From contig JAIOPD010000050.1 of assembly GCA_021414115.1 (NCBI GenBank), positions 5,496 through 69,495 on the forward strand: a stretch of 64,000 nt of DNA. The letters are read 5' to 3'. Shown in pieces: positions 1 to 10,345 of this stretch (its first letter is position 1; each line of letters opens with the position of its first letter). The stretch is from Planctomycetia bacterium. Its GTDB lineage: Bacteria; Planctomycetota; Planctomycetia; Pirellulales; UBA1268. The notes beneath the pieces were generated by a model. It searched no databases and was not told the origin of the DNA. It worked only from the letters and a program-made list of their open reading frames with translations. Position numbers and translations under genes: made by a program.

Positions 1-22
1 CATACACGCATGGTAAGTCCTC

Positions 23-2608
23 CTAGATCGGCAGCGTGGGGAACGAAACTGGCCCGCTTGCTCGTCTCACGCACGCCCCGAACCACTTCATTACCTCGAA
101 CCACAGCAGTGCCAACAGTCCGGCGCCGCCGCAAATCACAAGATCGAATGGATGCAGAGTTGAGAAGTGAAAGGCGTCCCGGATGGGCGGCACGTACAGC
201 ACGAGCCCCAGCCCAGCGATCGTGCCTGCGATGACCCATCGCAGTGCCGGAGTGGCAGGCCTTTCCGACATCCATGAAACGCGGGACCACGAGCGATTAG
301 CAACGATTAAACCCAGGTTCGCCATCACGAGGGTTGTGAAACTGAGCGCGACCGCGTCGTCCTCGCTCTTCCAGCCTCGGAGTGCCAGCAGATAAACACC
401 CAGCACGATCGCCAAGATGCTGAGCCCTTGCAGAACGCCAAACCCCAGCAGCTTGGATCCAAAGAGCCGTGCCGTCGGCGGGCGCGGTGGGCGCTGCATG
501 ACATCGGGCTCTTCGGGCTCGGCCTCGAACACGATGGAGCACGCCGGGTCGATCAACAACTCAAGAAAAAGAATGTGGACCGGTAGCAAGGCTTGGGGCC
601 ATCCGAACACGACCGGGATGAGCGACATGCCGGCGATTGGCACGTGGGCAGCGACGATGTAGGTCATCGCCTTCTGGAGGTGGTCGAAGATTCGTCGGCC
701 CATCCGCACGGATCGCACAATCGACGTAAAGTCATCATCCAAGAGCACGAGAGACGCGGCTTCCCGGGCAACGTCCGTGCCTCGCCCCCCCATGGCGATG
801 CCGATGTGCGCGGCTTTGAGCGCGGGAGCATCGTTCACCCCGTCACCGGTCATGGCAACGACCTCGCAGTTCGCCTTCAGCGCGTTTACAAGTCGAAGTT
901 TTTGCTCCGGCACCATGCGGGCGAACACATCCACGCTGGAGGCACGAGCGCGCAGATCGGTGTCACTCATGGCGGCGAAATCCGGGCCGCTGATGATCTG
1001 GTCGCACTCCCGCAGGCCCGCCTGTCGGGCGATGGCTTGGGCCGTGGAAGGGTGATCGCCGGTGATCATCACGACGCGAATGCCGGCCGTGTGGCACTCC
1101 GCGATCGCGGCTGCTGCCGTGGGACGCAGGGGATCCGCGAGACCCACGAGCCCCAGAAACTCAAACGCAAAGTCGTGCTGCTCGCTGGGAAGCGTTGTCT
1201 CCCGAAAGGTTCCGCGAGCGATTCCCAGAACCCGCAGGCCCTCGGCAGCCATGTCGTCGACGGATGCCGTGACCCAGGCGGTACGCTGTGCGTCGAGATG
1301 GCATAAGTCAGCGACGGCTTCCGGCGCGCCTTTTGCTGCGAGGACGTAATCGGCCCCCGAACGTGACTTCCATACGTGAGACATCGCCAGCAGTGAGGGA
1401 GTGAGCGGGTATTCACGCTCCAGCGTCCAGTCCGCGTGTAGGTGCTCGGTATCGGCGAGTCGGGAGTTTCCCAGTTCGTGGAACGCTTTCTCCATAGGAT
1501 CGAATGGGTCGCGCTGGCTGGCGAGGATGCCAAACTCCACCAGTGCGTGGAAGCCTTCTGGGAGCGAACGAACGTCGCTCGGATCTATATCGAATGATTC
1601 ACCTTCCACCACAAGGCGGCGAATAGCCATCCGATTGACAGTCAACGTGCCGGTCTTGTCGACGCACAGCACCGTCGCAGCCCCCAGCGTCTCGATGACG
1701 GGCACCCTTCGCGTGAGGACATTCATCCGCGAGAGCCTCCACGCACCCAACGCCAGAAAGATCGTGAGTACTACCGGAAACTCCTCGGGCAGCATGGCCA
1801 TGGCGAGGGTGATGCCGGCCAACAGCCCCTTGAGCCAATCTCCGTACATCGCCCCATAGAGCACCACGACGATGGTGCAAAGCGCGAGGCCAAGTACAGC
1901 AAGCCCTTGGACGAGTCGCCCGACCTCCGCCTGCAGTTTCGTTTGCTCCACGTCAACGGATTGGAGCGCCCTGCCGATTGCTCCCATTTCGGTGCGGCTG
2001 CCCGTGGCGCGCACTTCAGCGACGCCTTGGCCTTGCACAACAAGAGATCCAGAAAATACGAACGGGTGGTCGTCGCCGCCTGGGCGTGCTGCCGCCTGTT
2101 GGCCGTCCCAGTTCACCTTACGCACGGGGACAGACTCACCGGTCAGAAGCGATTCGTCGGTAGCGAGATTGCTGCAGGATAGGACGGCGGCATCGGCCGG
2201 CACGCGATCTCCCTCGGTGAGCACGAGGATATCGCCGGGAACGACATCACGACCCGCGATGCGTCGCTGCAAGCCGTCTCGCACGACGAGCGCTCGTGGG
2301 CTGGACAGATCACGAAGGGCTTCCAGCGCACGCTCTGTCTTTCGTTCCTGAACGAACGTGATTCCGAGAACCACGAAGACGAAACCGAGGAGCATTGCTG
2401 CTTCTCGGACATCTCCGAGCATCAAATAAACCCCGCCGCAAGCCAGCAGAAGCAGGAACATCGGTTCACGGACGACGTCCAAGGCCGTCGATAGCACGCC
2501 ACGCCCTCGTTTCGAGGGCAGCTCGTTCGGGCCGTAGCGAGTGAGCCTCGCTGCGGCTTCCGCCTCTGTGAGGCCATTCGCGATCGCCGCGGTGAAGTCG
2601 ATAGCCAT
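23..2608 (-). CDS. Cation-transporting P-type ATPase (P2/P3-like, not heavy-metal P1B type)
   Basis: 861-aa ORF with the DKTGTLT phosphorylation motif, the TGDGVNDAPAL hinge, and the N-terminal LTEAEAAARLTRYGPNELP cation-ATPase-N motif. It has PEEFP where P1B pumps carry CPx. It starts 14 nt after the RND pump stop. Confidence 0.93.
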   Translation of the reverse strand: MAIDFTAAIANGLTEAEAAARLTRYGPNELPSKRGRGVLSTALDVVREPMFLLLLACGGVYLMLGDVREAAMLLGFVFVVLGITFVQERKTERALEALRDLSSPRALVVRDGLQRRIAGRDVVPGDILVLTEGDRVPADAAVLSCSNLATDESLLTGESVPVRKVNWDGQQAAARPGGDDHPFVFSGSLVVQGQGVAEVRATGSRTEMGAIGRALQSVDVEQTKLQAEVGRLVQGLAVLGLALCTIVVVLYGAMYGDWLKGLLAGITLAMAMLPEEFPVVLTIFLALGAWRLSRMNVLTRRVPVIETLGAATVLCVDKTGTLTVNRMAIRRLVVEGESFDIDPSDVRSLPEGFHALVEFGILASQRDPFDPMEKAFHELGNSRLADTEHLHADWTLEREYPLTPSLLAMSHVWKSRSGADYVLAAKGAPEAVADLCHLDAQRTAWVTASVDDMAAEGLRVLGIARGTFRETTLPSEQHDFAFEFLGLVGLADPLRPTAAAAIAECHTAGIRVVMITGDHPSTAQAIARQAGLRECDQIISGPDFAAMSDTDLRARASSVDVFARMVPEQKLRLVNALKANCEVVAMTGDGVNDAPALKAAHIGIAMGGRGTDVAREAASLVLLDDDFTSIVRSVRMGRRIFDHLQKAMTYIVAAHVPIAGMSLIPVVFGWPQALLPVHILFLELLIDPACSIVFEAEPEEPDVMQRPPRPPTARLFGSKLLGFGVLQGLSILAIVLGVYLLALRGWKSEDDAVALSFTTLVMANLGLIVANRSWSRVSWMSERPATPALRWVIAGTIAGLGLVLYVPPIRDAFHFSTLHPFDLVICGGAGLLALLWFEVMKWFGACVRRASGPVSFPTLPI

Positions 2609-2622
2609 GATTCGTCGAGGTG

Positions 2623-5600
2623 TCAGTGGCTTGCGGGTTCCTTGGGTTCGAACCAGCCGTAGATCGCGGGCAGTACGAGTAGCGTCAGGATTGTGCAGGT
2701 GATGAGGCCGCCGATCACGACCGTGGCCAGCGGCCGCTGCACCTCGGCCCCTGCGCTTCCCGACACTGCCATCGGCACGAACCCCAGCGCGCCACAGGTG
2801 GCCGTCATGAGCACGGGCCGCAAGCGATCCATGGCACCCTCCGAGACTGCGGTTTTCTGATCGCGGCCCACGTGACGAAGGTGACGGACGTGCTCGATGA
2901 GCACGACGCCATTCATCACGGCGATGCCGAAGAGCGCGATGAAGCCCACGCCAGCCGAGATCGAGAACGGCATACCTCGCATCCAGAGGGCAAAGATGCC
3001 TCCCGTCGCCGCGATCGGCACGTTGAGATAGATCAGCATCGTCAGGCTCACCGAACTGAACGTCACATAGAGCAGTGAGAAGATCAGGAACAGGGCGACG
3101 GGCACGGCGATCATCAGCCGTCGACTGGCCCGCTGAAGGTTTTCGAACTGACCGCCCCAGGCCAGCGAGTAGCCCGACGGCAATGTGACCTGCTCGGCAA
3201 CGGCCTTTTGGGCGTCAGTCACGAAGCCGGCGAGGTCGCGGCCGCGGACGTTGCATTGGATGAGGAGACGACGGCGGATCGCGTGGCGGCTGATCTCGCT
3301 GGGACCATCCTCGATCACGATGTCGGCCAGTTGGGAGATCGGGATTTGCCGGCCGTGTGGGTCGTCGATCTTGAGTTGGCGGAGCCGCTCAACATCCTCA
3401 CGCCAGGCGGGTTCTAGCCGTACCTGCATCGGGAACCGCCGCTGTCCCTCGAACACCTCACCAACGACGCGGCCGCCGATCACACTGACTGCATCGAGCA
3501 CAGCCTTCGCGTTGATGCCGTACCGTGCGATTGCATCGCGGCGGATGATGACGCGCACGTAGGGCAGGCCTGCGATCTGCTGGGCCTGGACGTCGGCCGC
3601 GCCTGGCACCTTGTTGAGGGCCCGCACGATCTTGTCGCCCTCGGTCTTGAGCACGCCGAGATCGTCGCCATAAAGGCTCAGGCCCACATCGGATCGGACA
3701 CCGGCCACGAGTTCCTGCACGCGAAGCTCGATCGGCTGAGTGAATCCGTAGGAGTTGCTCGGCACCTCCGTCTTGAGGGCCGCCTGCATCTCCTCCACGA
3801 GTTTCGCCTTATCGTATGGCTCGACAGCGCCATGAGCGCCGCCGCCGTGAGACGACTTCAGCCGCACGAGGATGTCGGTCTGGTGGACACCCATGGGGTC
3901 GTTTGCGATCTCGGGGCGGCCAGTCTTCGAGATCACACTCTCGACCTGAGGAAACTTCAGGAGCGTCCGCTCCATGGCTTTTGTCATCTCAAGCGACGTC
4001 TCCAGTGATACGCTCGGCAGCCGCACGGCCTGGACGGCGATGTCACCCTCGTCCAGCTTGGGAACGAACTCCAAACCGAACCCCGACGCCACGAAGACGC
4101 TGACAGCGAAGACCGCTGTCGCCACCGAGATCATCAGCACCGGGTGTCCCATCGCGTAGCGGAGCAGCGGCTCATAGACCCGTTTCAGCCCGCGGACAAG
4201 AAACGTATCGCTCGCGCTCACACGCCGGGCAAGGAACAGCGACGCCATCACCGGCATCACCGTGACAGAGAGGACGAGGGCAGCAGTCAGGGCCGACATG
4301 AATGTGAAGGCCATTGGCTTGAACATCTTGCCCTCCACACCCTCGAGGCTCAGGATGGGGATGAAGACGATGATCACGATCAGCCCTGCGAACAGGATCG
4401 GGGTGCCGACCTCCTTCGAAGACTCCTTGAACACCTCCTTGGGCACGCTCCCCTTGCCGTGTGTCCGCTGCCAGGCACTGGCCGCCCGCACGGCGTTCTC
4501 AATCATCACCACGGCGCCGTCCACGATGACGCCAAAATCGACAGCCCCGAGGCTCATGAGGTTGGCGGAGACCCCAGCCACCTTCATGGCAATCAGGGCA
4601 CTCATCGCCGAGAGGGGAATGGCAGCCGCCACGATGAGTCCGGCCCTCACGTCGCCGAGCAGCAGAAACAGCATGATGATCACGAGCACCACACCGACGC
4701 CGATGTTCTCGGCGATGGTGTGGATCGTCTTCATGACGAGTTCGGTACGGTCGTAGAAGGTGTCGATGTAGACGCCATCCGGCAGCGTGGCGTTGATCTG
4801 CTCGATCTTCGCCTTCACGTCGGTGACGACCTGCCGCGAGTTGCCCCCCATGATCATCATGACCATGCCCGTGACAGCCTCTCGGTCACCATCTCGCGTC
4901 ACGGCACCCTGCCGGAGCATCGGTGCAAATCGCACTTCACCGATGTCCGCCACCCGGATCGGTGTGCCGTCGCTACGACTGTCGAGGACGATGTTGCGGA
5001 TGTCGTCGAGCGTCGCCACGAGGCCTTCGCCCCGGATCAGCCGCTGTTCGGCCCCGTGCATGATGGAACCGCCACCAGCATTGCCGTTGTTTTCCTCGAG
5101 CGCCGCGAACACGCGGCTCAGCGAGACGTCGTAGTTGAGCAGCTTGTCAGGATCGATTTGGATTTCATACGTCTTGAGTTGGCCGCCGAACGTGTTCACC
5201 TCGATGACGCCGGGCACGCTGCGGAGCTGGAACGCGATCTGCCAGTCGAGGATCGTTCGCAGGTCCATGAGACCGAAGTCGTAGCCCGGTTTCGCGCGGA
5301 CCTCGAACTGGTAGATCTCGCTCATGCCCGTGGCGATGGGGCCCATCTGCGGATCGCCCATACCGGGCGGAATGTTTTCCCGGGCCTGCTGGAGCCGCTC
5401 GTTGATCAAGTTGCGAGCCCAGTAGACGTCCGTGCCTTCCTCGAAGGCGACGGTTACGGCCGAGAGCCCGAACCGGCTGATGGAGCGAATCTCGGAGACG
5501 CGCGGCAGCCCGCTCATCGCGTTCTCGACGGGGAACGTGATGAACTGCTCGACTTCTACCGGGCCGAGCGACGGAGACGTCGTCAGCACCTGTACCTGCA

Positions 5601-5733
5601 CGTTGGTGAGGTCGGGCACCGCGTCCAAGGGCAGGCTCGAGACGGCGACGAAGCCGACGCCCATCAGCACGACCGCCAGGAGCATCACGACGAACCGATT
5701 ACCGAGCGACCATTCAATGATGCTGGAGACCAT
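2623..5733 (-). CDS. CusA/CzcA-family heavy-metal efflux RND transporter (pump 1)
   Basis: 1036-aa ORF. The N-terminus (IIEWSLGNRFVVMLLAVVLMGVGFVAVSSLPLDAVPDLTNVQVQV) and the overall 12-TM, two-large-loop layout are typical of HME-RND pumps. Confidence 0.95.
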   Translation of the reverse strand: MVSSIIEWSLGNRFVVMLLAVVLMGVGFVAVSSLPLDAVPDLTNVQVQVLTTSPSLGPVEVEQFITFPVENAMSGLPRVSEIRSISRFGLSAVTVAFEEGTDVYWARNLINERLQQARENIPPGMGDPQMGPIATGMSEIYQFEVRAKPGYDFGLMDLRTILDWQIAFQLRSVPGVIEVNTFGGQLKTYEIQIDPDKLLNYDVSLSRVFAALEENNGNAGGGSIMHGAEQRLIRGEGLVATLDDIRNIVLDSRSDGTPIRVADIGEVRFAPMLRQGAVTRDGDREAVTGMVMMIMGGNSRQVVTDVKAKIEQINATLPDGVYIDTFYDRTELVMKTIHTIAENIGVGVVLVIIMLFLLLGDVRAGLIVAAAIPLSAMSALIAMKVAGVSANLMSLGAVDFGVIVDGAVVMIENAVRAASAWQRTHGKGSVPKEVFKESSKEVGTPILFAGLIVIIVFIPILSLEGVEGKMFKPMAFTFMSALTAALVLSVTVMPVMASLFLARRVSASDTFLVRGLKRVYEPLLRYAMGHPVLMISVATAVFAVSVFVASGFGLEFVPKLDEGDIAVQAVRLPSVSLETSLEMTKAMERTLLKFPQVESVISKTGRPEIANDPMGVHQTDILVRLKSSHGGGAHGAVEPYDKAKLVEEMQAALKTEVPSNSYGFTQPIELRVQELVAGVRSDVGLSLYGDDLGVLKTEGDKIVRALNKVPGAADVQAQQIAGLPYVRVIIRRDAIARYGINAKAVLDAVSVIGGRVVGEVFEGQRRFPMQVRLEPAWREDVERLRQLKIDDPHGRQIPISQLADIVIEDGPSEISRHAIRRRLLIQCNVRGRDLAGFVTDAQKAVAEQVTLPSGYSLAWGGQFENLQRASRRLMIAVPVALFLIFSLLYVTFSSVSLTMLIYLNVPIAATGGIFALWMRGMPFSISAGVGFIALFGIAVMNGVVLIEHVRHLRHVGRDQKTAVSEGAMDRLRPVLMTATCGALGFVPMAVSGSAGAEVQRPLATVVIGGLITCTILTLLVLPAIYGWFEPKEPASH

Positions 5734-5781
5734 GACGTCAGTTCCATTCGTCGTCGGGGAGGGTGGGGTGCGTAGCCGCCG

Positions 5782-7293
5782 TCACTCGGCGAGGAGGGCG
5801 GCGAGCATCTGAGACTTGAGGGCAAAGCCGCCGCTGACGACGATCTCGTCGCCCGCGTTGATGCCGTCGAGGACTTCGACGACCTTGGGATTACGGCGAC
5901 CGAGCTTCACGTCCCGGCGCTCGAACGTGTCTCCGCTGCCATGCACGAACACGAAGGACTTGCCCTCGTGTTCCTGGATCGCCGTCAGCGGCACCTGGAG
6001 CACGGTCGCCTGGGCCTTCGCCGGAAGCTCCACAGTCACGAACATGCCGGGCTTGAGCATTCGGTCGGTGTTGTCGGCCACGGCTCGGAGCGAGATCGTG
6101 CGGGTCTCGCTGTCAACGATGTCACCCGTGTAGAAGATCCGGGCCTCGAAGACCCGGTCGGGCCAGGCCTCGCTCCGGAACGTCACCGCCTGATTTGCGA
6201 CCTGCTTCAGAAGCCGGAGGTGCTCCTCGTAAACGTCGGCTGTGAGCCACACGGTCGCCATGTCGGCCACGCCGAGAATCTGGTTCGTCGGCCCCACATG
6301 CTCGAGGAGGGCCACGTCCTTCGAAATCACCGTGCCGTCGAAGGGCGCGTGGATCGGGCAGTGCGCCAGGGCCTCACCCTGCTTGGGGTCGATCGTCGCG
6401 ATCGCGGCTTCGTCAAAGCCGAGTATCTTGAGGGCGGTTTCGTCTACCGCCACCCGGGTTTGCAGTTCCTGCACGGTCTGTGCCGATATCACTGCCGCCT
6501 GCTTCGCGTCCTGTTCGATCTGCTCGAGCAGTGATTGCAGGGTCGCTCGGGCCGTCGTCCAGTTGGCCTCGGCCTCGAAGATCTGCCGCGAGGCGATGAT
6601 GCCGTTGGTCTGTAGCGGCGTCAGCCGATCGAGATTCTTGCGGCTCGTGGCGTGCTCGATGTACGCCGTCATCAGTTTGTCGCGGTATTCACCGAGCGGG
6701 CGGTTGCGCAGCTGCGTCTCGATCTCCTCGACGGCAGCGTTGGCCCGCAACAACTCGATCATCGCCTGGGTGTTCGCCGCGACCGACTGCGTCCACGCAT
6801 CCTTCCGCTGGGCAAAGCTCAGTTGGAGGCGATCTTGGGCGAGCTGCAGCATCGCCTGCCCGACTTCGCGGCTCTGGATGACCGCCATCTGCTGCCCCTT
6901 CTTCACGGCATCGCCGAGACCGACGTTCACCTTGTCCACTCGTCCTTCAACGAGCGGAAAAATGTGGGCAACTCGGTCTTCGTTGAGCGTGATCTTTCCG
7001 GTCAGCGTCGTCGCCTGCTCGAGGGCACCGACTGCAGCCGGCTGCATCTCGATGGTGGCCGCTTGCCACGAAGCTTGCGGGAAGATGATTGCCGATGAGG
7101 CTGGAGGCGACTCCCGCGTCGCGCTAGCCTGCGCGGGCGAGCTGGCAGCGTGGTCCGCTGCAGCATGAGGCGGCGTGGCCTCACGAGACCGACCGAAGAG
7201 CGAATACCCTCCCGCCGCTGCGGCTGCGAAACCAACGAGAACTATGGGCATGAAACGCCGTCGGACGACTGAGGGCGACGATGGAGACGCCAT
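5782..7293 (-). CDS. Efflux RND periplasmic adaptor subunit (MFP, CzcB/CusB-like)
   Basis: The ORF extends to 7359; the likely start is MASPSS at 7293 or MPIVLVG further downstream. It has an N-terminal TM, a coiled-coil hairpin region, and a beta-barrel C-terminus (GMFVTVELP, VFVHGSGDTFERRDVKLG). It lies directly upstream of pump 1. Confidence 0.9.
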   Translation of the reverse strand: MASPSSPSVVRRRFMPIVLVGFAAAAAGGYSLFGRSREATPPHAAADHAASSPAQASATRESPPASSAIIFPQASWQAATIEMQPAAVGALEQATTLTGKITLNEDRVAHIFPLVEGRVDKVNVGLGDAVKKGQQMAVIQSREVGQAMLQLAQDRLQLSFAQRKDAWTQSVAANTQAMIELLRANAAVEEIETQLRNRPLGEYRDKLMTAYIEHATSRKNLDRLTPLQTNGIIASRQIFEAEANWTTARATLQSLLEQIEQDAKQAAVISAQTVQELQTRVAVDETALKILGFDEAAIATIDPKQGEALAHCPIHAPFDGTVISKDVALLEHVGPTNQILGVADMATVWLTADVYEEHLRLLKQVANQAVTFRSEAWPDRVFEARIFYTGDIVDSETRTISLRAVADNTDRMLKPGMFVTVELPAKAQATVLQVPLTAIQEHEGKSFVFVHGSGDTFERRDVKLGRRNPKVVEVLDGINAGDEIVVSGGFALKSQMLAALLAE

Positions 7294-7401
7294 GTTCAAC
7301 TCCACGCAAGGAAACTCACCGGTGCACCAAAGGCGGGACGTCGCGCGATACCCGCGCAAGGACGCCCGAACAACGGACGAGAGAAGGCGGCAATCGAGCC
7401 G

Positions 7402-7881
7402 CTAGCAGCGCAAGATGCCAAGCCGCACAGGCAGCGGCATGTCAGGCGCGAAATCCGTGAAGAACCCGCCGGTGCGCCGGACGCCATTCAGCATGCGATC
7501 GGCTGCCAACGCTCTGGGCACGATCAGCATAGGGTGCCAGACACCAGACGCGATCGGTTCTTGAAGTCGAACAAAGCTGTCCCACGAAGTAAGCCCGCTC
7601 GCCATGACGCCTGGCTGCCTTGCCGGCTTTGGTGAGTCGGGCGTCTCGTCGCCAGACTCGGGAAGAGCAAAATGAAGGTGCCAGCCAAAGACGAACTGCG
7701 AGAACGGGTCAATCGCAGCGTGGTGCGTCCGGAGGTGATCAGCCAGCCAAGACGTGCTTGCCTGGGTAGCGTTCGCGAGCGTCCCGTGGTTGTGCCAGAA
7801 CGGTAGCGGTGCTTGCCACGCGGCCACAACAAGCATGCAGCGCACGAGCCGCGACCATCGCGTGGAATGAATGCGCTGCAC
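7402..7881 (-). CDS. Hypothetical small protein (hydrophobic N-terminus followed by a PFWHNH motif) leading RND module 1
   Basis: 159-aa ORF, co-directional, ending 42 nt before the adaptor ORF. No family recognised. Confidence 0.55.
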   Translation of the reverse strand: MQRIHSTRWSRLVRCMLVVAAWQAPLPFWHNHGTLANATQASTSWLADHLRTHHAAIDPFSQFVFGWHLHFALPESGDETPDSPKPARQPGVMASGLTSWDSFVRLQEPIASGVWHPMLIVPRALAADRMLNGVRRTGGFFTDFAPDMPLPVRLGILRC

Positions 7882-7935
7882 GCTATCGACCCTGGTCTGG
7901 GTTAGTGAGGTGTGACAGATCAGCCAATTTAGAGG

Positions 7936-7965
7936 AGGTTATTTTCGCGTTCGGGGCAATGTCAA
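7936..7965 (-). promoter_or_regulatory. Candidate sigma70-type promoter (TTGACA-N18-TAACCT) for RND module 1
   Basis: Read on the minus strand in the 100-bp gap between the 176-aa and 159-aa ORFs. The -35 is a perfect TTGACA. Promoter rules for this lineage are poorly known. Confidence 0.3.
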
Positions 7966-7981
7966 GCACGCAAAGCTGGCA

Positions 7982-8512
7982 TCACTTGGCTCTGTAGAAC
8001 CAGTCGAACGCGCGGTCGTGCAGCCGGTGGGTTCGCAGCAGTGATCCGCCGTCGTTGGTGCCCGTTCTGGGGCAGCAAGGGCCTCGGTAGATTGGCCCGC
8101 ATGTGGGTGCCCCGCTGACGCCAATGAGGTCGAATGGGCGTGGCGGGCTGCTGGGGTGGCACGGCGGCGGGGGTATACACGATAAAAGCACCCGCGGTTC
8201 TCCACAGTAGTGGAGTGGCTCGATGCCAGCGTGCCAATCGCGGGGTGAATCCGTCCGGGGTGGGAGCATCTTGGCGAGACGATCCTCGCCTTCGCGGCGG
8301 GCCGCCTCCGGGCCGATCCCGACGATGCCAGCGGATGAATCTTGTCGATCTTGCTTCGTCTGTTGCGGGGCGGTTCCGTCGTGCCGCTGCGGTTCCAGAA
8401 GTGTGACTTTCTCCGCGGCAAGCGAGGCATCACAGAGAGCGTATGCAGCCAAGAAGGCAGCAGCGGCGCGAACGGATATCGGCGCGGTAAGTGTGCAACA
8501 GATCATGGTCAT
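7982..8512 (-). CDS. Hypothetical secreted Cys/Pro-rich protein
   Basis: 176-aa ORF with a signal-like N-terminus (APISVRAAAAFLAAYALCDASLAAE). The C-terminal half carries YCGEP, PPPPCHP and TCGPIYRGPCCP. Its start lies 1 nt after the TolC-like stop, indicating operonic coupling. Confidence 0.55.
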   Translation of the reverse strand: MTMICCTLTAPISVRAAAAFLAAYALCDASLAAEKVTLLEPQRHDGTAPQQTKQDRQDSSAGIVGIGPEAARREGEDRLAKMLPPRTDSPRDWHAGIEPLHYCGEPRVLLSCIPPPPCHPSSPPRPFDLIGVSGAPTCGPIYRGPCCPRTGTNDGGSLLRTHRLHDRAFDWFYRAK

Positions 8513-8513
8513 A

Positions 8514-10034
8514 TCAAGGTTTCGGGAGAGGCTGAATCAGCTCGGGGGCGCCTGCTGCGGGTGGTTGTGCGAGCGGAATGGGGGGCTGGTTCGGGTCACG
8601 GCCTACGCGGCGTCCGTCATCTCCCAACTCCTGGCGAAAATCCGCGGGTGCCGCGGCTGGTGCGTCGATGGTCGGAGGGAAAACCTCGAGCTGCAGTAGG
8701 TCCGCAACGGCGACGGCGCCGTTCCAACGCTCGGCCTGCGACTCGACGAACGCCAACTCGGTCTCCGTCAGGATTCGCTGGGCCTGTAGCAGGCTCAGGA
8801 ACGTAACCTCACCGCGTGCGTAGAGCTGCTGCGTCAGTTGCACGGTCTCCCGTGCCTTGGGAAGGATGTACTCCTCGTACCACGACACGAGCCTCTGCGA
8901 GGTGCGGTAGTTGGCGATGGTCTGGGCTGTCTGTGTGGCCAAATCGAGTTCGATCGTTCGCAGGTTCGCTCGCGACGAGGCGATGTCAGCGCGGGCAGAG
9001 CGAATATTGCCCTGGTTCCGGTCAAACAGAGGCACTGCCATCATGACCTGCATGAGCCCCTGATCTTGCGCCGGAAAGTCCACTTGCCGCTGATAGCCGC
9101 CCATCACATTGATGTTGGGGATGGGCTGGACGACCGCCCGCTCAAGGGCCCACTGGGCCCGAGCAACATCAGCCTCCGCAGCTCGCGGCAGTGCGTTACG
9201 CTGTACAACCGCCTCCTGTAGGGTCTTGAGATCGAAGGAAGGCAGCTGCTGGAATAGATCGGCCTCGATCTGCTCAACATCGGCCCTCGGCAGACCGACG
9301 GCGGCCGCCAATTGCCGTCTGCCCGTCTCGACGAAGACCGTGGAATTGAGCAGGCGGACGTCGGCACGGTCACGCTCGATGCTCCAGAACAAGACGTCAG
9401 CCTTCGTGCCCTCGCCGGCCTTCGCAAGTTCGCCTCCGATGTCGTATGACCGCTTAGCGATCTCCAGCAGTTGGCTGTAGATCTCGACGCGACGCTGTGA
9501 GACGAGGAGTGCGTAGAACGACTGTCGCACGTCACGCAGTACGTCGAAGCGAGCCCGGATCAGCTCGTATTCGGCTTTCTGCACCTCGCGGAGCGCAGCC
9601 TGCTGGGCAAGCCGTAGTTTGCCGGCCGTGACGATGTCTTGGGTGGCGTAGCCGTTCCACTGGCTATAGGCACCCGCGATCTGCGGCGATCCCGCGGCGA
9701 CCATCGGGTTGGGATAAAGGCGGGATTGCACGGCCTTGCCCCGGGCCGCCTCGACAGCGGCGCGGGCCGCGCGGAGCTTCGGGTGGCTGCGCTCGGCGAG
9801 CGAGATGAACTCGTCCAACGTTCTGGGAGACGGCCCGTGTGCCTCAATAGCGTTGGCAGGATAGCCCCCGAGCGGCCGTCCGGGCTCATCGATTCGCGTT
9901 GGTGCGTCGGGGGCGGACCAGTCCTGGCCGTCGGCGGAAGTCGCCCCCGTAATCAACACGATCGAGCCAGTAACGATAGCTGAAGCAACCCATCGCCTGA
10001 GCTGCTGCAGCAAGCCGGATATAGGGCGTTTCAT
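8514..10034 (-). CDS. TolC-family outer-membrane efflux protein (CzcC/CusC-like)
   Basis: The ORF extends to 10340, but a signal-peptide-bearing start (MKRPISGLLQQLRRWVASAIVTGSIVLITG) lies at 10034. It shows the two-repeat coiled alpha/beta pattern typical of OMFs. Confidence 0.88.
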   Translation of the reverse strand: MKRPISGLLQQLRRWVASAIVTGSIVLITGATSADGQDWSAPDAPTRIDEPGRPLGGYPANAIEAHGPSPRTLDEFISLAERSHPKLRAARAAVEAARGKAVQSRLYPNPMVAAGSPQIAGAYSQWNGYATQDIVTAGKLRLAQQAALREVQKAEYELIRARFDVLRDVRQSFYALLVSQRRVEIYSQLLEIAKRSYDIGGELAKAGEGTKADVLFWSIERDRADVRLLNSTVFVETGRRQLAAAVGLPRADVEQIEADLFQQLPSFDLKTLQEAVVQRNALPRAAEADVARAQWALERAVVQPIPNINVMGGYQRQVDFPAQDQGLMQVMMAVPLFDRNQGNIRSARADIASSRANLRTIELDLATQTAQTIANYRTSQRLVSWYEEYILPKARETVQLTQQLYARGEVTFLSLLQAQRILTETELAFVESQAERWNGAVAVADLLQLEVFPPTIDAPAAAPADFRQELGDDGRRVGRDPNQPPIPLAQPPAAGAPELIQPLPKP

Positions 10035-10345
10035 CGCTTTGGGCGTCGCATGAAGTCTGAATCGCGAATACGGCCATAGCATCGTCGGAATGGAACGAGC
10101 GCGGCCATACAGGCAGCACCTATTGCTGGACAGGAAATGTCGAGAAGCCACGGCCCCCGCAGGATCGGGGCAGCCGGCTGCAGAAATGCCTGTCAGGAAA
10201 GATGGGTAACCCGGCATTCGGCAGACGCCGAATACACGTGTCGGGGCCAAGCTGGTGGGCAGCTGTGCCACCCCATCGACCGCGACACGGCCACCGCCCT
10301 CGCTGGCGCGGTGCGAAGGCGGTGGCTCGCGCGTAAACATGGCGA

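Noticed and set aside
4144-5775. 543-aa plus-strand ORF inside the RND pump 1 region
   Set aside because: It is antisense to a clear CusA/CzcA-family pump. The translation is His/Asp/Arg/Glu-rich low complexity without TM segments or motifs.
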